From the human T2T-CHM13v2.0 reference genome, Homo sapiens, in the NCBI RefSeq assembly GCF_009914755.1, contig NC_060934.1: a DNA stretch of 64,000 nt. One strand, written 5' to 3'. The position numbers and the translations under genes are program-made. Each line of letters opens with the position of its first letter. Within the stretch, counting starts at the first letter, position 1. Of this stretch, positions 19,585 to 31,402 are shown piece after piece. A model generated the notes under the pieces. It was given only the letters and a program-made list of their open reading frames with translations. It did no database searches and had not been told where the DNA came from.

Positions 19585-21179
19585 TTCTACATCTAGAAAA
19601 CCCCATAGTCTTGGCCTAAAAGCTCCTTCAGTTGATTAAGAACTTCAGCAAAGTTTTAGGATACAAAAATCAATATATAAATATTACTGTCATTTCTATA
19701 TACCAACAACAGCTAAGCCAGGAGCCAATCAGGAACACAATCCCATTCCCAATTGCCACAAAAAGAATAAAATATCTAGGAATACAGCTAATCAGGGAGG
19801 TGAAAGATCTCCACAATGAGAATTACAAAACACTGCTCAGCAAAATCAGAGATGAAACAAACAAATGGAAAAACATTCCATGCTCATGAATAGGAAGAAT
19901 CAATATCATTAAAATAGCCATGCTGGCCAGGCAATTCACAGATTCAATGTTATTCCTATCAAACCACCACGGACATCCTTCACAGAACTATAAAAAAACC
20001 ATTTTGCAATTCATATGGAACCAAAAAAAAAAGCCAAAATATTCAATGCAATCCTAAGCAGAAAGAACAAAGCTGGAGCCATCATGCTACCTGACTTCAC
20101 ACTGTACTACAGGACTACAGTGATCGAAACAGCATGGTACTGGTACAAAAACAGACACATAGACCAATAGGACAGAATAGAGAACCCAGAAATAAAGCAT
20201 CACAACTACAACCAAATCATCTTTGACAAAGCTGACAAAAACAAGCAATGGGGAAAGGACTCCTTACTCAATAAACAATGCTGGGATAACTGGCTAGCTG
20301 TATGCAGAAGATTAAAATTGGACTCCTTTCTTACACCATATACAAAAATCAACTCAAGATGGATTAAAAAGTTAAATGTAAAGCCCGAAACTATCAAACT
20401 CCTGGAAGATAACCTAGGCAATACCATTCTGGACATACGAACTTGCAAAGATTTCATGACGAAGATGCAAAAGCAATCTCAACAAAAGCAAAAATTGACA
20501 AATGGGATCTAATTAACCTTCTGTACAGCAAAGGAAACTATCAACAGAATAAACAGACAACTTAAAGAATGGGAGAAAATATTTGCAAACTATGCATCCG
20601 ACAAAGTCTAATATCCAGCATCTATGAGGAACTTTAACAAGTTTACAAGAAAAAGAAAATCCCATTAAAAAGTGGGCAAAGGACATGAACAGACACTTTT
20701 CAAGAGAAGACATACATGTGGCCAAAAAACATATGAAATAAAGCTCAGTATCACTGATTATTAAAGAAATGCAAATCAAAACCACACTGCAATACCATTC
20801 ACACCAGTCAGAATGGCTATTAATAAAAAGTCAAAAAATAACAGATGCTGTCGAGGTTGCAGAAAAGAGGGAACACTTATATACTGTTGGTGGGAGCATA
20901 AATTAGTCCAACTATTGTGGAAAGCAGTGTGGCAATTCCTCAAAGAGCTAAAAATAGAGCTACCATTTGACCCAACAATCCCATTACTGGGTATATACCC
21001 AAAGTCATATAAATTGTTGTATCATAAAGACACATACTTGTGTATGTTCACTGCAGCATTATTCAATATAACAAAGATGTGGAATCAAACTAAATGCCCA
21101 CCAATAGCAGATTGGATAAATATAATATGGTACACATACATCATGGAATACTATGTAGCCATAAAAAAGAACAATATCA
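19585..21179 (+). mobile_element. L1PA13-like element, non-inverted ORF2 3' segment
   Basis: Starts TTCTACATCTAGAAAACCCCATAG (LENP motif); ORFs read IKYLGIQL and ELPFDPTIPLLGIYP. Confidence 0.93.
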
Positions 21180-22180
21180 GGGGAGGTTCCAAGATGGCCA
21201 AATAGGAACAGCTCCAGTCTGCAGCTCCTAGCGTGAGTGACACAGAAGACGGGTGATTCCTGCATTTCCAACTGAGGTACTGGGTTCTTCTCACTGAGGC
21301 TTGTCAGACAGTGGGTGCAGCCCACAGAGCAGGGCGGGGCATCGTCTCACCTGGGAAGTGCAAGGGGTTGGGGAATTCCCTTTCCTAGCAAAGGGAAGCC
21401 ATGACAGATGGTACCTGGAAAATCAGGACACTCCCACCCAAATACTGTGCTTTTCCAATGGCCTTAGCAAATGGCACACCAAGAGATTATATCCTGCTCC
21501 TGGCTCAGAGGGTCCCACGCCCGTGGATCCTCACTCATTACTAGCACAGCAGTCTGAGACCAAACTGCAAGGTGGCAGTGAGGCTGGGGGAGGGGCACCT
21601 GCCATTGCTGAGGTTTGAGTAGGTAAACAAAGTGTCTGGGAAGCTCGAACTGACTGGAGCCCTATGCAGTTCCAGGAGGCCTACCTGCCTCTGTAGACTC
21701 CACCTCTGGGGGCAGGGCATAGCTAAACAAAAGGCAGCAGAAACTTCTGCAGACTTAAACGTCCCTGTCTGACAGCTTTGAAGAGAGTAGTGGTTCTCTC
21801 AGTATGGAGCTTGAGATCTGAGAACACAAAGACTGCCTCCTCAAGTGGGTCCCTGACCCCAGAGTAGCCTAACTGGGAGACACCGCCCAGTAGGAGCCAA
21901 CTGACACCTCATACAGCCAGGTGCCCCTCTGAGACTAAGCTTCCAGAGGAAGGATCAGGCAGCAACATCTGCCATTCTGCAATATTTGCTGTTCTGCGGC
22001 CTCCACTGTTGATACCCAGGCAAACAGGGTCTGCAGTGGACCTCCAGCAAACTCCAACAGACCTGCAGCTTAGGGTCCTGACTGTTAGAAGGAAAACTAA
22101 CAAACAGAAAGGACATCCACACCAAAACCCCATCTGTAGGTCACCATCATCAAAGACCAAAGGTAGATAAAACCACAAAG
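21180..22180 (+). promoter_or_regulatory. L1 5' UTR internal promoter (sense and antisense), with YY1 site
   Basis: CAAGATGGCC YY1 motif at 21190-21199; GC-rich UTR upstream of the ORF1 ATG at 22181. Confidence 0.8.
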
Positions 22181-23206
22181 ATGGGGAGAAACCAGAGCAG
22201 AAAAGTTGAAAATTCTAAAAATCGGAGCAGCTCTTCTCCTCCAAAGGAATGCAGCTCCTCGCCAGCAACGGAACAAAGCTGGACAGAGAATGACTTCGAC
22301 AAGTTGAGAGAAGCAGGTTTCAGGCGATCGGTAGTAACAAACACCTCCAAGCTAAAGGAGGATGTTCAAATCCATCACAAAGAAGCTAAACACCTTGAAA
22401 AAAGATTAGATGAATGGCTAACTAGAAAAAACAGGGTAGGGAAGTCCTTAAATGACCTGATAGAGCAAAACCATGACACAAGAACTATGTGATGCATGCA
22501 CAAGCTTCAGTAGCTGATTTGATCAAGTGGAAGAGAGGGTATCAGTGACTGAAGATCAAATGAATGAAATGAAGCAAGAAGAGAAGTTTAGAGAAAAAAG
22601 AGTAAGAAGAAATGAACAAAGCCTCCAAGAAATATGGGACTATGTGAAAAGACCAAATCTACATCTGATTGGTGTACCTGAAAGTGACGGGGAGAATGGA
22701 ACCAAGTTGGAAAACACTCTTCAGGATATTATCCAGGAGAACTTCCCCAACCTAGTGAGGCAGGCCAACATTCAAATTCAGGAAATAAAGAGAACACCAC
22801 AAAGATACTCCTCAAGAAGAGCAACTCCAAGACACATAATTGTCAGATTCACCAAGGTTGAAATGAAGGAAAAAAAATTGTTAAGGGCAGCCGGAGAGAA
22901 AGGTCAGGTTACACACAAAGGGAAGCCCATTAGACTAACAGCAGATCTCTCAGCAGAAACTGTACATGCCAGAAGAGAGTGGGGGCCGATATTCAACATT
23001 CTGAAAGAAAAGAATTTTCAACCCAGAATTTCATATCCAGCCAAACTAAGCTTCATAAGTGAAGGAGAAATAAAATACTTTCCAGACAAGCAAATGCTGA
23101 GAGATTTTGTCATCACCAGGCCTGCCTTACAAGAGCTCCTGAAGGAAGCACTTAACATGGAAGGAACAACTGGTACCAGCCACTGCAAAAACATGCCAAA
23201 TTGTAA
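22181..23206 (+). pseudogene. L1 ORF1p, frameshifted
   Basis: MGRNQSRK...; RNEQSLQEIWDYVKRPNL...ARREWGPIFNILKEKNFQPRISYPAKLSF, split over two ORFs. Confidence 0.95.
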
Positions 23207-23269
23207 AGACCATCAATGCTAGGAAGAAACTGCATCAACTAATGAGCAAAATAACCAGCTAACTTCATA

Positions 23270-26200
23270 ATGACAGGATCAAATTCACACATAACAATAT
23301 TAACCTTAAATGTAAATGGGCTAAATGCTCCAATTAAAAGACACAGACTGGCAAATTGGATAAAGAGTCAAGACCTATCAGTGTGCTATATTCAGGAGAC
23401 CCATCTTACGTGCAGAGACACACATAGGCTCACAATATAGGGATGGAGGAAGATCTACCAAGCAAACGGAAAGCAAAAAAAAAAAAAGCAGGGGTTGCAA
23501 TCATAGTCTCTGATAAAACGGACTTTAAACCAACAAAGATCAAAAGAGACAAAGAAGGCCATTACATCATGGTAAAGGGATCAACTCAACAAGAAGAGCT
23601 AACTATCCTAAATATATATGCACCCAATACAGGAGTACCCAGATTCATAAAGCAAGTCCTTAGAGACCTACAAAGAGACTTAGACTCCCACACAATAATA
23701 ATGGGAGACTTTAACACCCCACTGTCAACATTAGACAGATCAACGAGGCAGAAAGTTAACAAGGATATCCAGGAATTGAACTCAGCTCTGCACCAAGCGG
23801 ACCTAATAGACATCTACAGAACTCTCCACCCCAAATCAACAGAATACACATTCTTCTCAGCACCACATCACACTTATTCCAAAATTGACCACATAGTTGG
23901 AAGTAAAGCACTCCTCAGCAAATGTAAAAGGACAGAAATTATAACTGTCTCTCAGGCCACAGTGCAAACAAACTAGAACTCAGGATTAAGAAACTCACTC
24001 AGAACCACTCAACTATGTGGAAACTGAACAACCTGCTCCTGAATGACTACTGGGTACATAAAGAAATGAAGACAGAAATAAATATGTTCTTTGAAACCAA
24101 TGAGAACAAAGAAACAAAATACCAGAATCTCTGGGACACATTTAAAGCAGTGTGTGGAGGGAAATTTATAGCACTAATGCCCACAAGAGAAAGCAGGAAA
24201 GAGCTAAAATTGACACCCTAACATCACAATTAAAAGAACTAGAGAAGCAAGAGCAAACACATTCAAAAGCTAGCAGAAGGCAAGAAACAACTAAGATCAG
24301 AGCAGAACTGAAGGAGATAGAGACACAAAAAACCCTTCAAAAAATCAATGAATCCAGGAGCTGTTTTTTTTTTTTTTTGAAAAGATCAGCAAAACTGATA
24401 GACCACTAGCAAGACTAACAAAGAAGAAAAGGGAGAAGAATCAAATAGACATAATAAAAAATGATAAAGGGGATATCACCACCAATCCCACAGAAATACA
24501 AACTACCATCAGAGAATACTATAAACACCTCTACGCAAATAAACTAGAAAATCTAGAAGAAATGGATAAATTCCTGGACACATACACCCTCCCAAGACTA
24601 AACCAGGAAGAAGGTGAATCCATGAATAGACCAATAACAGATTCTGAAATTGAGGCAATAATTAATAGCCTACCAACCAAAAAAAGTGAAACAGATGGTT
24701 TCACAGACGAATTCTACCAGAGGTACAAAAAGGAGCTGGTACTATTCCTTCTGAAACTATTCCAATCAATAGAAAAAGAGGGAATCCTCCCTAATTCATT
24801 TTATGAGGCCAGTATCATCCTGATACCAAAGCCTGGCAGAGACACAACAAAAGAAGAGAATTTTACACCAATATCCCTGATGAACAGTGATGCAAAAATC
24901 CTTAATAAAAAAAAAAATGCTGGCAAACTGAATCCAGCAGCACATCAAAAAGCTTATCCACCACGATCAAGTTGGCTTCATCCCTGTGCTGCAAGGCTGG
25001 TTCAACATACACAAATCAATAAACGTTATCCATCATACAAACACAACCAAAGACAAAAACCACAAAGTTATCTCAATAGATGCAGAAAAGACCTTTGGCA
25101 AAAATCTTCAGCCCTTCATGCTAAAAACTCTCAATAAACTAGGTATTGATGGTATTGATGGGATGTATCTCAAAATAATAAGAGCTATTTATGACAAAAC
25201 CACAGCCAATATCATACTGAATGGGCAAAAACTGGAAGCATTCCCTTTGAAAACCGCCACAAGACAGAGATGTCCTCTCTGACCACTCCTATTCAACATA
25301 GTGTTGGAAGTTCTGGCCAGGGCAATCAGGCAAGAGAAAAAAATAAAGGGTATCAGTTAGGAAAAGAGGAAGTCAAATTGTCCCTGTTTGCAGATGACAT
25401 GATTGTATATTTAGAAAACCCCATCATCTCAGCCCAAAATCTCCTTAAGCTGATAAGCAACTTCAGCAAGGTCTCAGGATACAAAATCAATGTGCAAAAA
25501 TCACAAGCATTCCTATACACCAAAACAGAGAGCAAAATCATGAGTGAACTCCCATTCACAATTGCTTCAAAGAGAATAAAATATGTAGGAATCCAACTCA
25601 CAAGGGATGTGAAGGACCTCTTCAAGGGGAACTACAAACCACTGCTCAACGAAATAAAAGAGGATACAAACAAATGCAAGAACATTCCATGTTCATGGAT
25701 AGGAAGAATCAATATCGTGAAAATGGCCATGCTGCCCAAGGTAATTTACAGATTCAATGCCATCCCCATCAAGCTACCAATGACTTTCTTCACAGAATTG
25801 GAAAAAACTACTTTAAAGTTCGTATGGAATGAAAAAAGAGCCCGCATTGCCAAGTCAATCCTAAGCCAAAAGAACAAAGCTGGAGGCATCACGCTGCCTG
25901 ACTTCAAGCTATACTACAAGGCTACAATAACCAAAACAGCATGGTACTGGTACCAAAACAGAGATGTAGACCAATGGAACAGAACAGAGCCCCCAGAAAT
26001 AGTGCCACACATCTACAACCATCTGATCTTTGACAAACCTGACAAAAACAATAAATGGGAAAAGGATTCCCTATTTAATAAACGGTGCTGGGAAAACTGG
26101 CTAGCTGTATGTAGAAAGCTGAAACTGGATCCCTTCCTTACACCTTAGACAAAAATTAATTCAAGATGGATTAAAGACTTAAATGTTAGACCTAAAACCA

Positions 26201-27109
26201 TAAAAACCTAGAAGAAAACCTAGGCAATACCATTCAGGACATAGGCATGGGCAAGGACTTCATGACTAAAACACCAAAAGCAATGGCAACAAAAGCCAAA
26301 ATTGACAAATGGGATCTAATTAAACTAAAGAGCTTCTGCACAGCAAAAGAAACTACCATCAGAGTGAACAGGCAATGTACAGAATGGGAGAAAATTTTTA
26401 CAGTCTACCCATCTGACAAAGGGCTAATATCCAGAATCTACAAAGAACTTAAACAAATTTACAAGAAAAAAATCAAACAGCCCCATCAAAAAGTGGGCAA
26501 AGGATGTGAACAGACACTTCTCAAAAGAAGACATTTATGCAGCCAACAGGCACATGAAAAAAATGCTCACCATCACTGGCCATCAGAGAAATGCAAATCA
26601 AAACCACAATGAGATACCATCTCACACCAGTTAGAATGGCAATCATTAAAAAGTCAGGAAACAACAGGAGCTGGAGAGGATGTGGAGAAATAGGAATGCT
26701 TTTACACTGTTGGTGGGACTGTAAACTAACTCAACCATTGTGGAAGACAGTGTGGCGATTCCTCAAGGATCTAGAACTAGAAATACCATTTGACCCAGCC
26801 ATCCTATTACTGGGTATATACCCAAAAGATTATAAATCATGCTGCTATAAAGACACATGCACACGTATGTTTATTGTGGCGCTATTCACAATAGCAAAGA
26901 CTTGGAACCAACCCAAATGTCCATCAATGATAGACTGGATTAAGAAAATGTGGCACATATACACCATGGAATTCTATGCAGCCATAAAAGAGGATGAGTT
27001 CATGTCCTTTGTAGGGACATGGATGAAGCTGGAAACCATCATTCTCAGCAAACTATTGTGAGGATGGAAAACCAAACACCACATGTTCTCACTCTTAGTT
27101 GGGAATTGA
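23270..27109 (+). pseudogene. L1 ORF2p (endonuclease/RT), multiple frameshifts
   Basis: [29 protein letters not shown] and the C-terminal cysteine-rich region lie in different frames. Confidence 0.95.
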
Positions 27110-27327
27110 ACAATGAGAACACCTGGACACAAGGTGGGGAACATCACACACTGGGGCCTGTTGTGGGGTGAGGGAAGAGGGGAGGGAAAGCATCAGGAGA
27201 TATACCTAATGTAAACGACGAGTTAACGGGTGCAGCACACCAACATGGTACATGTATACATATGTAACAAACCTGCACGTTGTGCACATGTACCCTAGAA
27301 CTTAAAGTATAATAAAGAAAAAAAAAA

Positions 27328-27665
27328 GAACGAGATCATGTGCTTTGTGGGAACACAGATGGAGCTGGAAGCCATTATCTTTAGAAAACTAACGCAGAAT
27401 CAGAAAACAAAATACTGCATGTTCTCACTTATAAGTAGGAGCTAAATGATGAGAACACATGGACACAAAGAGGGGAGCAACAGACACTGGGGCCTACTTG
27501 AGGGTGGAGGCTGGGAGGAGGGAGAGGATCAGAAAAAATAACTATTGGATAGTAGACTTAGTACCTCAGTGATGAAATAATCTGTACACTGCCCATCCCT
27601 GACATGATTTTACCTGTAGAACAAACCTGCATGTGTACCCATGAACCTAAAGGTTTTTTTAAAAA
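27328..27665 (+). mobile_element. L1PA13-like 3' UTR, continuing the host L1 after the L1PA4 insertion
   Basis: Resumes GAGATCATGTGCTTTG where 21179 stopped; GAGAGGATCAGAAAAAATAACTATTGG...GAACCTAAA. Confidence 0.92.
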
Positions 27666-28074
27666 CACAACTACTTATTTATTGCAGAATGAAATTTTTT
27701 CAATCTGGTTGCAAGTAACAGGTGTTTGCAGCTGAACTTTTTTAAAAAAGAAAACAATGATTGGCCAAAGGGAAGACACAAAGGAAAGAATTGCATGGCT
27801 GACATTAGAGTTTTAGTGAGTCACCTAGAAGGCAAAGCACATGTCCACCTCCTTAATTGAAATGAAGGAATGAATATTTGTTTGAAGCTAAGGTATAATA
27901 GCAAAAGTAAGCATTCTCCATACTTAACACATATATTTGTGTCTGCTAGAACTAAGCACTTATATAATGTCTTTTTAAATTACTATTATGCCCCATATTT
28001 CCAAAGAGTTTTAAAATTTTCAAACGTATCCATAATAATGACTTTTTTCTTGCGCCCACACACTCTGTAGAAAT

Positions 28075-28195
28075 GTAGGGCAGTCATTTTTGCATATAAG
28101 ACAAAGAGGTTTAGAGAAGGTAGACAACTTGCTAAAGGTCACACTGCAGGTAAGTGGACAGAAACAGGAATTCATGTTCCATTTAGCCGTTAATA
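28075..28195 (-). mobile_element. MIR
   Basis: GAGGTTTAGAGAAGG...ACTTGCTAAAGGTCACACTGCAGGTAAGTGG. Confidence 0.75.
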
Positions 28196-28464
28196 TTCAT
28201 TGATGAGTCCATAGAATGGCATCCTATCAATAGTAGAAATCACACACACTAGCCATTCATTACACAGGCCTATGGAATGTGCAGTATGTTCCATACAACA
28301 CTACTAATATGTGACAGAGCTAGGACTCCAAAAATGATTCATAACAAAGGGCCCAAATCTTCATGATGCTGAATTGCCATGACAAAATTACTCCATACCA
28401 TTACAAATGGTTTTAAAAACTACACTCACAGCTTATGTTGCCTGAAAAATCTGGCATTTGTCCA

Positions 28465-28844
28465 TGCATAGACTCTGCTTCTGAGACAACAAGACCAACC
28501 CCTCTTCTTCTCCTCTTCAGCCCTCTCAAATTGAAGACAATGAGGTTAAAGACTTTAATGATGATTCACTTCCACTTAATAAATAGTAAATACATTTTCT
28601 CTTCCTTATTGTTTTCCTAATAAAATTTTCTTTTCTCTAACTTACTTTATTGTGAGAATACAGTATGCAACACATACAACATACAAAATATGTCCTTATT
28701 GGCTGTGTATGTTATTGGTATGGCTTCCAGTCAACAGTAGGTTCTTAATGGTTAAGTTTTGGGACAGTCAAAGTTATATGTGGATATTTTACTGTGCAGG
28801 AGGTTGGCATCCCTAACACCCACATTGTTCAAGGGTCAAATGTA
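28465..28844 (+). mobile_element. Tigger4 (Zombi/MER46) DNA transposon 3' part
   Basis: GAGACAACAAGACCAACCCCTC...CACTTCCACTTAATAAATAG...; ends GTTCAAGGGTCAAATG plus TA. Confidence 0.85.
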
Positions 28845-29309
28845 ATTAACCTTGAAAAGACAGCAAAATTTTGTAGAGAGTTGGAGGAAAAAGGGAGAGT
28901 TGACAGAAGAAAGAGAATTTACCATCCTACAGTAAAAAGAGAAACATGCCAGTTTTTACTTTATTACTGAAAAAGAAAAAAGAAAATAAAAGAGCACATT
29001 TTAAAATACAGTTGTTTCTCCAACCAGAGTGAATGGGGGTTTGGGGGTAGTTGCCTCCACATACTGATCTTCTTTCTGAAGGCAGTTACGTCTCCAGGAC
29101 AAGGGGAATGGAGTTAACGCAAGCATGCCCAGATAATTATTTGCAAATTTACCAATCAGCGTACTATTCCACATCTCTTGGGCTGGAGTCAGCAAAGGAT
29201 GGAGAAAAGCCAGGAGCTGTACTCAGTGAGCTCTCTTCACAAGAAAAACATAATCACAAATACTCCATAATTACAAGTAATATGTAAGAATCATCCATAA
29301 AGCCAGAAG

Positions 29310-29460
29310 ACAATGAGGGTTCCCAATCCAAATCCACAGACATTGTATCTCAGTAGATTCTGAGAGAGGTCCGTAATGTGCATTTTAAACATTCTTGCAC
29401 AACCAAAACCAGCAGAATCTATTGCAGTACATCTGTCGACCGCACTGTTAGAAACACTAC
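29310..29460. mobile_element. MER5-type hAT fragment
   Basis: TGTATCTCAGTAG...ATGTGCATTTTAAACATTC...CACTGTTAGAAACACT. Confidence 0.55.
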
Positions 29461-29541
29461 ACCAACTCAGAGGTCCCTCTGTGGGCAGCTAACAAAACAA
29501 TGAATGTGGATACATACAATCTTACTTAATTATTTATTGTT

Positions 29542-29598
29542 ACCAGTATTATTATTATCCACCAGTATTATTATTATCCCCCAGTATTATTATTATCA
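29542..29598 (+). repeat. 19-bp tandem repeat x3 (ACCAGTATTATTATTATCC)
   Basis: Units at 29542, 29561 and 29580, read directly. Confidence 0.95.
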
Positions 29599-30669
29599 CT
29601 TATTGGACTGAGATTCTAGTTACGTACTAGTCCCAAAAGTAATAATATGTTTATGAAGGAAATTTTCTTATTTTGATTCAAAGAAAAATCTAAGCAAGAT
29701 ATTGACTATACCAGGTAACTAATAACTTCCAGTGGTTTAGAAGACCGTTTCTTTAAGTGATTTCCAAAATTGTGTTTGTCAGGGAAACTTGCTATTTCAT
29801 CAGAGATGGTGCATAAGGCTTTACAATCCCAGGTATTATTCCAGGTTTCTCAAATAAACAATCATTAGAAAAAAAGCAACATTTTGCCTCTCCCCAGGTT
29901 TTTCAGCTGTGGGTACACAAACCTGGCCCTTCCGTGTTCATTCTTAACCAGACATTTAGTCTGAAGAGGTTGGAAGGATATGGGTGCAAACAGAGATCCA
30001 CAAGCTCTGAAGCTGCCCATACCTCTCAAGATGGGAATCTTTATTTGACAGGTTAGCACTGGAAATGTCTGGCTGCTTTCATTAACTGTGGCACCATGCT
30101 TAGGATGAACCAGGTAGGGAAGGACATTCATCTTATTTTAAGACTAGCCTTCCATATTCAGAGGAAATTAGCTTACCACAGATGAAAGGCCTTGACATCA
30201 TTAGTCAGTTCAGGTACCACCTGTTACTTTCTTAAGTGAAACTGGCAGATTTTAGAGGTGTTCTTTAATTTTATCAGTTCTGATAAGCTGTTGTTCGAAG
30301 AGAAAAAAAAAAAAAAAAGGCCCTGAGGCCCTGTGTTGGAAGAGCTCAGCCAGGCTGCATCTCTGGAAAGACAGACTTTCTGAGCCGTACGATCCGATTT
30401 GCCCTTGCTCATCCAGGCTCCTGTCTAACACAGTCACAATCCCCTGTGCTCACCCTAACTCACTGAAGGGGAAGCTTCTCCTGGGGAAATCTTGTCTGGA
30501 CTTTGATGACTGCATTTAATTCCAGAAACAAGGAAGAAACTAACATAGGAGAAAGGAGCATGAGGTGCAGCTGAAAGATTAGTGTTACCTGGGTATCCTA
30601 GACATAGTTTTTTTTTGGTAACAATTTCAGTTTGTAATTATTACTAATGATAGTAGTAAAGGTCTTATA

Positions 30670-30890
30670 GTAACCATGGTTTGGGGTGTATACCATGTGC
30701 CAAGTACAGTGTTATGTGCTATGTCTTTTTTAATTCTCATCACAGCGTTGTAAGGTGGATATAACTATTCTACCACCAACCTTTTATAGGTGAAGAAACT
30801 GAGGTTTATAGTGGTAAAATTATTTGTTCAAAGCCATATGGCAATAGTGCTAGGAATCAAGTTTGTCTGAATCCAATGCCCGTGTTGTTA
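30670..30890 (-). mobile_element. MIR
   Basis: TTTTATAGGTGAAGAAACTGAGGTTTA...GTTTGTCTGAATCCAA. Confidence 0.8.
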
Positions 30891-31069
30891 CTCAGTGAGA
30901 GTTTGCATTATTACATCAGTCTACCACTGCGAGTTTAATGGAGTGCAGGGAACTTGTGCTATAATATCTGAGCTTTCTGTTGAGTGACCATTTCAACACA
31001 TGCATGAGAGTGCCATGAGCTCATTGGTCCAAAAATGTCCCCATACATTTGACATGGATTCTTTTGAGT

Positions 31070-31215
31070 TAGTGTTGACAGGTAGAGTTGGTATTATCCC
31101 ATTTATTCTACAAACAAAGAAACTGAGGTTAAAATGAAAAGAAGGTGAAGTAAAAAATTAATTAGCAAAGCCAGGTTCGACACCAGCACCTTTTGTTCCA
31201 AATGTTTTTTTCACT
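31070..31215 (-). mobile_element. MIR
   Basis: TATTATCCCATTT...AAGAAACTGAGGTTA...AGCAAAGCCAGGTTCGA. Confidence 0.7.
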
Positions 31216-31330
31216 GTAGGAGGCACCTTGAAGGTGATATGTTGGAGAAAGCTGAGAGTGTTGATCTCTTTCTGCCAGAGCCATCTCCTTTTTATACTCA
31301 GATTAAAGAAGGACATATTAGGAATTTTTA

Positions 31331-31402
31331 GGAACACACACATCTGTGCATGTATGCACACAGTTCTGTGAGCATGCATACACGCACAGATGTGTGTGTT
31401 CC
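31331..31402. repeat. Near-perfect inverted repeat (28-bp arms, 1 mismatch)
   Basis: GGAACACACACATCTGTGCATGTATGCA (31331-31358) pairs with TGCATACACGCACAGATGTGTGTGTTCC (31375-31402). Confidence 0.95.

Larger units (their letters stand above)
21180..27327 (+). mobile_element. Full-length LINE-1, L1PA4-like (~6.15 kb)
   Basis: 5' GGGGAGGTTCCAAGATGGCCAAATAGGAACAGCTCC; ORF1 and ORF2 remnants; 3' UTR ...ACCCTAGAACTTAAAGTATAATAAA plus A tail; 17-bp TSD AAAAAAGAACAATATCA (21163-21179) / AAAAAAGAACGAGATCA (27322-27338). Confidence 0.97.

Noticed and set aside
22527-23222. 231-aa ORF as a cellular gene
   Set aside because: C-terminal part of L1 ORF1p, separated from its start by a frameshift
25142-25159. 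9-bp in-frame duplication GGTATTGAT in L1 ORF2
   Set aside because: Ordinary slippage in an already dead ORF
25270-26148. 292-aa ORF with a reverse-transcriptase FADD motif, as a novel RT system
   Set aside because: It is a fragment of frameshifted L1 ORF2 inside an ordinary full-length L1
28147-28155. Perfect donor CAG/GTAAGT
   Set aside because: Lies in a MIR whose consensus already has GTAAGT; no clear upstream exon
29542-29598. CRISPR-like repeat array
   Set aside because: Repeats are contiguous with no spacers, and the context is eukaryotic
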